This document shows positions 29,501 through 36,429 of a stretch of DNA of 64,000 nucleotides, one piece after another. The position numbers were made by a program, and so were the translations under genes. Position 1 is the first letter of the stretch. Each line of letters starts with the position of its first letter. The DNA lies in the IMG/VR virus record IMGVR_UViG_3300049170_000088; one strand, 5' to 3'. The notes below the pieces were generated by a model. The model made no database searches. It worked only from the letters and a program-made list of their open reading frames with translations, and was not told where the DNA came from. The DNA is from an uncultured virus (IMG/VR IMGVR_UViG_3300049170_000088) (Duplodnaviria; Heunggongvirae; Uroviricota; Caudoviricetes).

Positions 29501-30531
29501 AGGCAGCGGATGACCGGCTCGTCGGGGGGCAGGGGCACGGTCAGGGTGCGGTTGGTGCAGATCTGCGGGAACGCCTTGTCGCAGACGGTGAGTTCGTAGG
29601 TGGCCGGGGCGGCGTTGGGGTTGCCGCATCCGGCGCCGTAGCTGTGCTGGCCGATCTGTCCGTCGCGCAGCTCGGTTTCGGCGCCGTCGCCCCAGCGCAC
29701 GCGGACGGGGCCGTAGCCGCGGTTGTCGGCCTGGACGGTGACGAGGCATCCGGTGGTGTTGGAGCCGCGTTTGACGAGGACTTCGGGCGGCTCGGGGATG
29801 CCGCCGTCCACCGGCTGGATACCGCAGTCGGGTTCGGGAGGCGGGAAGGTCGTCACGAACTGCACGAAGTCGGCGTTCGCGCGGACGGGGCAGGCCAGCG
29901 GGGCAGGGCGCTGGCCGTCCATCAGCACGTTGTAGGGGCCGCGGCCCCAGCCGGAGGAGCGTCGGGTGGTGCCGGAGAAGGAGAAGGTGATGGGCCCGTT
30001 GGCGATGGTCCACTGGCCGATCTGGACGCCGGAGATGCAGGGGAAGAGGAGGTAGCCGTATTCGGCGCCGCCCTGGGACTGCTTGCAGGCGGCGCCGGCG
30101 CCGGAGTAGACGTTCATCCACACCTCCAGTGCGAAGCCGGAGGAGTCGCAGCCGCCGCCGGAGACCGCGGAGAAGCCGATGATCATGCCGGTGGAGTCGC
30201 GGATGGGGCACCAGTTGGGCTTCATGATCAGGACGAGGGAGGGGTCCAGGGCGCACAGTTCCAGGGAGACGCCGTAGTTGGAAGGGGTCGGGCAGGTCAG
30301 GGTGGTGAAGCAGACCTGTCCGTCGGCCTTGGTGATGGGGTTCTGGTCGCCCTGGTCACCGCCTTCGTCTTCGCCGGGTGAGACGACGATGTTGACGAAG
30401 GCATCAGTGGTGACCTGCCCGCTTCCGCCGGGGTTTTGGGGGTCCTCGAAGAGGGGGCGGCAGCACCCGTCCAGCTTGGTGGCGCGCAGCACAGCGGCAC
30501 CGCTGAAGCTGGGGCAGATCACCTGAGCCAT
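26545..30531 (-). CDS. tail tube paralog 2 fused to PKD repeats, TagC/RBP-like propeller and poly-gamma-glutamate hydrolase
   Basis: N-terminal ~520 aa highly similar to 42378-44126; repeated DWGDG..HTY; propeller-like segment; C-terminal HGGGME, HITSTRFDEP, SWHG, QIEIS. Confidence 0.8.
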   Translation of the reverse strand: MAQVICPSFSGAAVLRATKLDGCCRPLFEDPQNPGGSGQVTTDAFVNIVVSPGEDEGGDQGDQNPITKADGQVCFTTLTCPTPSNYGVSLELCALDPSLVLIMKPNWCPIRDSTGMIIGFSAVSGGGCDSSGFALEVWMNVYSGAGAACKQSQGGAEYGYLLFPCISGVQIGQWTIANGPITFSFSGTTRRSSGWGRGPYNVLMDGQRPAPLACPVRANADFVQFVTTFPPPEPDCGIQPVDGGIPEPPEVLVKRGSNTTGCLVTVQADNRGYGPVRVRWGDGAETELRDGQIGQHSYGAGCGNPNAAPATYELTVCDKAFPQICTNRTLTVPLPPDEPVIRCLQDPTDDTGRSVLVDVTLPTQAWCGTPDPDTVACACPGESPIGKYGLRVDWGEDAGTDQYQYIAVGEDCTARLRHTFTTDGRFPIKVCRNDIPNFCGRCTYVAGGLRPDVTFVSWNQSCTATISVFNNDRGTVSVDWGDGSPLQTGVRPGTLTHAYPDGLGRSFLIMVCSEAVDGGCRSVQTPVCTGGGAELIAVAAVCDPTDGTGRRFKVTADNRGHGSVVISATSGATIDDATNQGDGVDVTTVLYPAGLDGRFVITATDPDEDGRTGADTVNVPCQSGPDATAICDPADDHKVTLDIAAGTRYPITVDWGDGDVQTYQSGQIPAHTYWKEGDPLQVARKADPILGGTVTLSQTTVHQQADVDRTNGDVYFSQVINGGRQLAGENAAIDHAVRAANGHLAINRVAPNGTEPISHMYLVGVLPGPSRGWDHGSGLGVQHSGSTVNLFTAIDPPPTAIGSNGYGTQVARFPYTAGKILQANDPSIERYDPRPDSDHVNPCLDLDHDRIAVRHRSQDNQYHITVWKLSDFLARQFGSPVFDCAVNDTSIPNFQCWTLYGNYAYHFYGAGDANNARLTVTDIRGATGNVITNIPNDQYPNLTWRESESIFVLPSPEGPRLAWGFSTDATGRRKANVYATPAHRASQPVQIIVKDADGGTAVATGVTQIPCTGTPAAKGVSIKYEGCPPDANKIKVSYVNANNRGVKIYWIPDDPNPTTHAAATGEVVSPREYQPGSYEVCVQDIQDSSIRACGGPYPVPCEDLGNDTYFNFEDLATDLVPGTGALVNVKDRDYFIIERPVANGLSHIAIHGGGMEAPPEQLADQAAQNGGYGFYTFSGRKPSNNASLHITSTRFDEPTGVAHVASAPRIVSWHGHADREPGTALTYVGGLDTELRDAIRAELTAAGFLCKDAPSGLTGTDRDNICNKCEFGAGCQIEISRTQRQAFYAGGDLSLASIQNPANRTAAFNQYITAVNKGVTAVLNPPET

Positions 30532-30690
30532 TGGGCGGATTCTCCTCTATCGTCAGACTTCGCCCATTCTGTCCGCTTCCCTCCGTTCCGTCGCGTAGCG
30601 CGACCGGCACGAGCGGCGCAGCCGCACCACAGACCACCAAGCAGCCACAATGGGGCAAAGCTCTGAAACCGCCCACATTGAGGTAGCTCT

Positions 30691-32076
30691 GTGACGCAGG
30701 AACCCGACACCCAGCACGAGCAGGACCAGGAGCACCCGGACCCCTTCGCCCTCCTGGTGCAGGCCGCCGCCTCCGCCCGCGGAAGCATCGACAACGCCGT
30801 TCACCAGCTCGCCGTCCGCTTCGCCGAGACCTCCGCCGCCCAGGAGGAACGGGACGGCGAGCACCGCGAGGCCCTGCGCCAGCTCTCCCTGGTGGCCCTG
30901 GACATCAACGAGGCCTTCCAGAACGCCGCGGCGGAGACCACCCGCGAACTGGGCCGCCTCAAGCAGCAGGGCGCCACCCACCAGGAGACGACCGGCAAGC
31001 GGATCGTCCAGTCCACCCAGGCCCTGACTCAGCGCTTCGACGCCGCCGACACAAAGCTGGAGGAGATCAGCGACAGTCAGGGCGAGCACTACCGACTCAC
31101 CGGCGCCGTCCTGGAGAAGGTCTCCCCGCTGCCGGAGAACCTGTTCGACTACGCGGAGAACACCCGTGACCAGATCGGCCAGCTCTCCCAGGCCGTCGCC
31201 GATCACCAGGCGCTGACCGCCGCCGTCCGCGAGGACGTGAGCGCGCTGCCCGAGGCGATCAGCGGCCAGGGGGAGGAGACCCGCGAGCAGGTGGGCGCCG
31301 CGCTCGCCCTCGTCCGTACCGCGCTGGACGCCATCCGCGAGACCGGCGCGGACGTGCGCGGCGTGGAGAACGCCCTCGCCATGGTGATCGGAGCCGCACG
31401 GGACCAGATCCTCGCCCCGCTGAACCAGTACGCCGCCCACGCCGCCGACCGCGGAAACGAGCACACCGGCCGCCTGGAACGCATTCAGCACGTCGTGGAG
31501 GCCGCCGTCGCCGAACAGGCCACGCACTCCACCGTCCTGGAGGCCATCGCCGGGGAGAGCCACGCCACCGCCCAGGCCGTCCCCCAGGCCCTGTCCCAGA
31601 CGCTCGATGCGCTCGCGGCCGCCGGCGAGGAGACCCGGCGCACCGTGCTGGACGTCGAACAGCGCATCTCCGCGGCGCTCGCCCTGAACGCCGAGCGCGC
31701 CGACCAGGCCCTGACCTCGATCGCCGCGAACCTGGGCCACTTCAGCGCGACCTTCGACGCCTTCGCCGAGCAGGCCGCCAGCGCCGCGGCCGTCGACACC
31801 CTGCGCGGGGACGTCTCTGCCCTCTCGGAGCTGCTGGCCTCCAGCACCGAGGACTTCACCGGCGCCGTCCAGCAGGCGGTCGCCGACATGACCACGATGC
31901 GCACCGCCTGGTCGCAGGAGTCCGCCGCGGTGCTCCAGGCCCTGGACAAGATGGGAAGGATGTTCCTGGAGAAGGCCAATGCGAGCGAGTACGCGCGCGA
32001 CCAGGGCGTCATCGAGCTGGGACGCAGGGTGGCGCGCCTGGAGCTGGACCGGGCTCCGGCGGCCGTGGGGTCCTGA
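30691..32076 (+). CDS. long alpha-helical/coiled-coil protein
   Basis: 461 aa Ala/Glu/Gln/Leu-rich, amphipathic, no Cys; high GC3. Confidence 0.8.
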   Translation: MTQEPDTQHEQDQEHPDPFALLVQAAASARGSIDNAVHQLAVRFAETSAAQEERDGEHREALRQLSLVALDINEAFQNAAAETTRELGRLKQQGATHQETTGKRIVQSTQALTQRFDAADTKLEEISDSQGEHYRLTGAVLEKVSPLPENLFDYAENTRDQIGQLSQAVADHQALTAAVREDVSALPEAISGQGEETREQVGAALALVRTALDAIRETGADVRGVENALAMVIGAARDQILAPLNQYAAHAADRGNEHTGRLERIQHVVEAAVAEQATHSTVLEAIAGESHATAQAVPQALSQTLDALAAAGEETRRTVLDVEQRISAALALNAERADQALTSIAANLGHFSATFDAFAEQAASAAAVDTLRGDVSALSELLASSTEDFTGAVQQAVADMTTMRTAWSQESAAVLQALDKMGRMFLEKANASEYARDQGVIELGRRVARLELDRAPAAVGS

Positions 32077-32082
32077 ACGTGC

Positions 32083-32108
32083 GAAAGCCCCTCCGAAGAG
32101 GGGCTTTC
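32083..32108. terminator. terminator hairpin between convergent genes
   Basis: GAAAGCCCCTC-CGAA-GAGGGGCTTTC. Confidence 0.75.
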
Positions 32109-32228
32109 CCCAGGGCTCGACCACGGCAGTGTACGAATCCCGAGACCTGTGCTGGAAGCGCCGAAGCGCTTCGCCCAGGCGTGTTCGAGTATGCCATGTG
32201 CCGGCGGGACTACCGATACCCAATGGCG

Positions 32229-32930
32229 TCAGCCCGTGGCGGAATCCGGATAGGCGTAGATGTCCCCCACGGTCGCGATCTCGCGCCAAAAGACCTGGTC
32301 AGGGGCATGATAGGCACTCAGGAGGCCTTCGGCGGCGATGGTCTCGTAGACGTTTGTGATCTCACCCACCTCCGGCAGCATCTTCACGGTGTAGGGCTGG
32401 AGCACGGTCAGCCCGGCGTCGATCCAGTACGGCAGGAGCTGCACCTGGGGCAGGGCGCGGATGCGCCCGTCCTCGCTCTCCAGGGCGACGGGGCGTTCGG
32501 TGGTGTAGCGCACCAGGGCCATGGTGGCGCTCGCGCGCGCCTGGGCGTGGCGCTCGAAGAGCGGCGCGAGGGGCAGGTCGGTGACGACGGAGCCGTTGAC
32601 GAGGAGGAAGGGCCGGGCGGGGTCTTCCAGGGCCCCGTGGGCGTAGGCGACGGCTCCGGCGGTGCCCAGCGGGGAGGGCTCGACCGCGTGGCGCACGCGC
32701 AGGCCGTAGTAGCCGCCTCCGCCGACGAATTCGGAGATCTGGCGGTGCTGGTAGCGCGAGGCGATCACTACCTGGCCGATGCCTTGGGCTGCCAGCCAGG
32801 AGAGCTGACGGGTGATCAGCGCGAGGCCGCCGACCGGCATGAGGGCCTTGGGCATGGAGTCGGAGTAGGGCCGCAGGCGTTCGGCACGGCCGCCCGCCAG
32901 GATGATCGCTTGAGTGATGGAGGGCTCCAT
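32229..32930 (-). CDS. sugar-phosphate nucleotidyltransferase (NTP_transferase)
   Basis: AIILAGGRAERLRPYSDSMPKALMPV; EPSPLGTAGA; LVNGS in place of the usual NGD. Confidence 0.85.
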   Translation of the reverse strand: MEPSITQAIILAGGRAERLRPYSDSMPKALMPVGGLALITRQLSWLAAQGIGQVVIASRYQHRQISEFVGGGGYYGLRVRHAVEPSPLGTAGAVAYAHGALEDPARPFLLVNGSVVTDLPLAPLFERHAQARASATMALVRYTTERPVALESEDGRIRALPQVQLLPYWIDAGLTVLQPYTVKMLPEVGEITNVYETIAAEGLLSAYHAPDQVFWREIATVGDIYAYPDSATG

Positions 32931-33112
32931 AGCAGCCCAGTTTTCCCCACGATGCCCCCTTTGTAGGGGATCGCCACCACTGGCCCCCGCGCCGGGCGGA
33001 CTCGGTATGACGCAGCTGTCTCGCCCGGTGCGGGGTAGCTGTCAGCGTGCCGTCCGCCGCCGGATGCGCCCCAACGCAAGATCCGGACGGCACGCCGTCA
33101 GGTACGGCCTGA

Positions 33113-33394
33113 TCAGCCGTTGTTGACCGGCAGGAGGTCGCCGTCGGCCTGCGGCGCAGCGTTCTCGTTGGCGCCCTGGTAGGGGCCGACCTTGGAGCCG
33201 ATCACCGGCACCGCGACCTGAGCCGGGACGGTGGCGTGGTCCAGGACCGAGATGTCGCCGTTGATCAGCGAGGTGACCGGCGCCGTGGAGTGCGGGGCGC
33301 TGTCACCGTTTCGCGTTCCGTCGGCCGCGGCCACGCCGGCAGAGGCGGCGACGGCGGCACCGGTGACGAGCGCCGTGGCGATGAGCTTCTTCAT
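33113..33394 (-). CDS. small secreted protein, rodlin-like
   Basis: Sec signal MKKLIATAL...AAA; APVTSLING...ENAAPQADGDLL loosely resembles rodlin motifs. Confidence 0.55.
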   Translation of the reverse strand: MKKLIATALVTGAAVAASAGVAAADGTRNGDSAPHSTAPVTSLINGDISVLDHATVPAQVAVPVIGSKVGPYQGANENAAPQADGDLLPVNNG

Positions 33395-33639
33395 GGGAAT
33401 CTCCCGGAGGTGTGCAGACTTGGGGGTACGCCCGGACCGAGCCGGACGGGTGATCACTCCCGTCCGGAGACGGAAGTGATCTGCGAGCCGTTGGTGACGG
33501 GACGTGGCCCGCTCCTGTCACTCGTTAAACATGATCAGACTCGCGAAGACACGGATCTTGGCCTGCACACGCCCAAGGTCATACAAGCTGAGCGCCGTCC
33601 GGGTGATCCGGACGGCGCTCGGGGAAAGGGCAGGTCAGG

Positions 33640-33891
33640 CTACTTGACCTTGACCCATCCGCAGTAGTGACCGTGCCAGGGGTGCAGCAGGTCCAGGTCG
33701 ACGTTGAGGTTGAGCAGTCCGCCCAGTCCGACGTGCACGTCAGAGGGGTCCGTGCAGATCCACACGTACCCGGAGCGGGAGTTGAAGGGCGTGGACGGGG
33801 GCTCGGGGTCGGCCGCCGCCACGGCGGGGGCAGCAGCGGCGAGAGCCAGGACGGGAACGGCCGCAAGAGCGGCGAGGCGTCGGAGCATCAT
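33640..33891 (-). CDS. small secreted protein
   Basis: Signal peptide; two Cys flank the hydrophobic strand GLGGLLNLNVDLDLL. Confidence 0.6.
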   Translation of the reverse strand: MMLRRLAALAAVPVLALAAAAPAVAAADPEPPSTPFNSRSGYVWICTDPSDVHVGLGGLLNLNVDLDLLHPWHGHYCGWVKVK

Positions 33892-33977
33892 GCCGCAATT
33901 GTCGGACGAATCGACATAGAATGCACTTAATAACACAGACCAGTTACAAACCGGACAGGCGGTGATGGGAGCCACGC

Positions 33978-34343
33978 GTGCCGACCTTCCTCCAGGCCGT
34001 CGGAATCGCCTGCCTCGCCTTCGCCCTCACCCTCACTGTCCGCCCCAAAGTCCGCCCCGGCCCGGCCACTTACGCCTGGGCCGTCGGCGTGGACGCCCTG
34101 TGCATCACCTTCATTCTCGCCGTGATCATCGTCTGGCCCGCCTGGTGGCTCCTGGCCCCGCTCCTGCTCTGGGGCGCCGTGACGGCCCTGCACATCACAC
34201 GCCTGCGCGACGCCCGCGCCATGGTCAGAGTCCTTCAGGCCAACCGCGCCCCGCTCCACCCGACCCACCGTCAGCAGCCCGGTGACGCCTACGGCTACGA
34301 GGCATGGCCGCACGACCCCGAGGAAGGCGACCGCCGCTACTGA
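33978..34343 (+). CDS. membrane protein
   Basis: Three hydrophobic segments; GGGAG RBS. Confidence 0.6.
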   Translation: MPTFLQAVGIACLAFALTLTVRPKVRPGPATYAWAVGVDALCITFILAVIIVWPAWWLLAPLLLWGAVTALHITRLRDARAMVRVLQANRAPLHPTHRQQPGDAYGYEAWPHDPEEGDRRY

Positions 34344-34536
34344 CCCGGATCACCGCATGCCAGCCCATCAGCCACACCCGCAGCCTCACAACCATCTCCT
34401 CGACCGGCGCAGCCCCGGAGCCTCCCGCGACCGGCGGTCCCGGAAGTCGCGCACGTACCAGGCAGGAAGCGGCTCGATGCGCCGACGCGGGAAGCGCCGG
34501 CGCACCCACCGCGAACGGCGGAGCACCGCCCGGCGG

Positions 34537-34722
34537 CTACTCGCCCGCCCTCTTGCCCCGGCGGCGCAACACCCGGCCGGGCAGCGTGATCAGCTTCTTC
34601 ACCCCGCCGAGCGCCACGCCCACGACGAGCCCGGCCAGAACAACGAGCGCCAGGACCACCCAGCCCAGGGTCTTGAACACTCCGGCGAGCACGACCGGAT
34701 CGGAAGCAGCGAGCAGCATCAT
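34537..34722 (-). CDS. small single-TM protein
   Basis: Hydrophobic helix and basic tail; ATGA-coupled. Confidence 0.5.
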   Translation of the reverse strand: MMLLAASDPVVLAGVFKTLGWVVLALVVLAGLVVGVALGGVKKLITLPGRVLRRRGKRAGE

Positions 34723-34958
34723 GAACCTCCTGTGTGGGGACCGGCGATCCGTCCGCCGGTCAACGCGTCGAACCAGATCTCTTCGTCCTCGGCGTCCGGG
34801 TCCTTCACGACCCAGTACGGGAGGCCGTCCAGCACCACGACCTGGAGGGCCCCCAGCGGGCCGTGGCGAGTCGAGCGGCGCCCGATGTCCCCCAGCGCCG
34901 AGCGCAGGGCGGCGGCGGCCGGTCGCGCGTGCGCCATGCCGGGTACTCCGGTCCGCAT
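34719..34958 (-). CDS. hypothetical protein
   Basis: Follows the hub gene; GA-rich RBS. Confidence 0.5.
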   Translation of the reverse strand: MRTGVPGMAHARPAAAALRSALGDIGRRSTRHGPLGALQVVVLDGLPYWVVKDPDAEDEEIWFDALTGGRIAGPHTGGS

Positions 34959-34986
34959 CTGCCCTTCCTCTCCGTCGTCTTCCTGA

Positions 34987-36420
34987 TCAGGACTGCATGT
35001 CCGCGAACTCGACGGCCGCCGCGGGAGGCGGGGGCAGCTCGCCGCGCTCGAACCAGGCCGCCGCCGCCGCGTCGCCCGCGGCCTGCGCGGTCGCCGCGCG
35101 GGCCCCGGTCTCGTCCACGCCGGGCACGTCCATCGGCGTCATCCCCACCGCGATCTTCTCGCCCGCCTCGTCCCAGGTGACGGTGACGTTGGACAGCACG
35201 AACGCCTGCTGCACCTTCCGGCAGGCCCGATCCACCCGCATGTCGAAGCGGTAGCCGCACACGAGCTGGTCGAAGCACAGCGGCGCCTCCGGGTGCAGGG
35301 CTGCACCGTTGTCCACCGCGATGGATACGGGCACCGGGTAGCGGCCCTTCAGCTCCGCCTTGGCGATGTCCAGCAGGGCGGCGCGCTGGTCGGCCTCGCA
35401 TTCGGTGGTGCAGTCGTCCACGCAGTCACGGATGCACTTGTTGCACGCTGACTGGCGGGAGGCGGGGGTGTCGCAGTTCCAGGACTTCTTGGTCTTGGAG
35501 TACTCGCACGGCCCGCACAGGGTGCTTCCCCGGCACTTGCCGCTGCCCGGCTTCGTGCAGTCCTTCTCCTCGCACTCGCACTTGGGCACGTCGGTGGAGG
35601 AGACCAGCCAGTCCACCCGGCCGTAGGGGTTGTTGCAGCTCTTGCCGGTGGTGACGGTCTGGCGGTCCTTCTCCGAGGACCCGTTGGTGGCCACGGCCCT
35701 GGTGGCGAACTCCTGGCCGTCGCGCACGATCTGGAAATCGCCCATCAGGTCGTCGGTGGTCAGCGTGGCCACCGGCAGGTCGTCCTTGTCCGGCTTGCCC
35801 TTCAGGATCAGCCGGCGCCCCACCGTCGTCCAGTACAGGCCCGACTTGACCAGCTCCGACAGCAGGTCGACGACGTACTTCGTCTGGTCCTGCGGCTTGT
35901 ACGCGGGCCGGGCGCCGACGTTGGAGCGAGAGATGAAGGGGGTCAGGCAGGCGTGGTCGACCTTCTTGCCGTCCTGGGTGGTGGTGCAGGCGTACCTGGA
36001 GTTCAGGAGGTTGTGGTCGATGTAGTACTTCGCGATCGTGGAGACGTCGGCCTCGCCCCGCTTGTACTTCTTGGTGGAGAAGTTCACGATGCGGGCCAGC
36101 CACGCCGTGATGTCCCAGGCCTCCACCGTCACCTCCGCGCGGGTCTCGGTGACCGTCATGACCGGCCCCTGCCACACCAGGTCGGCATCCCGGTAGATGG
36201 ACAGCTCGTGCAGCCACGGTTCGATCTGCCCCACGCCCTCGCAGCACACGTCGTCCAGCGAGTCCTTGGTGATGACGATGGTCGCCGTCGCGGTGTCATT
36301 CAGGGTCCGCTCGTACGTCAGCGACGTCAGGCTCTCCACCGGCAGGAACACCTGGTCCCCGCACCGCCAGTGGATGACGGCGTGGTAGGAGGTGGGACAG
36401 CCCAGCGTGCACAGCGCCAC
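34987..36420 (-). CDS. minor tail protein (baseplate hub/Tal-like)
   Basis: LTYERTLNDTATATI, IEPWLHELSIYRD..LVWQGPV, YGRVD and LHPEAP..FDQLV fit siphovirus hub proteins; directly after the tape measure. Confidence 0.75.
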   Translation of the reverse strand: MALCTLGCPTSYHAVIHWRCGDQVFLPVESLTSLTYERTLNDTATATIVITKDSLDDVCCEGVGQIEPWLHELSIYRDADLVWQGPVMTVTETRAEVTVEAWDITAWLARIVNFSTKKYKRGEADVSTIAKYYIDHNLLNSRYACTTTQDGKKVDHACLTPFISRSNVGARPAYKPQDQTKYVVDLLSELVKSGLYWTTVGRRLILKGKPDKDDLPVATLTTDDLMGDFQIVRDGQEFATRAVATNGSSEKDRQTVTTGKSCNNPYGRVDWLVSSTDVPKCECEEKDCTKPGSGKCRGSTLCGPCEYSKTKKSWNCDTPASRQSACNKCIRDCVDDCTTECEADQRAALLDIAKAELKGRYPVPVSIAVDNGAALHPEAPLCFDQLVCGYRFDMRVDRACRKVQQAFVLSNVTVTWDEAGEKIAVGMTPMDVPGVDETGARAATAQAAGDAAAAAWFERGELPPPPAAAVEFADMQS

Positions 36421-36429
36421 AGCTGCCCC

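Noticed and set aside
26479..30381. 1300-aa + strand ORF and similar long ORFs (37252-40065, 42447-44396, 46162-48207, 49301-51523)
   Set aside because: Antisense shadows of high-GC3 genes on the - strand; no recognisable motifs.
34537..34958. Lysis cassette (holin) after the hub gene
   Set aside because: Only a generic single-TM peptide; no endolysin motif found in the window.
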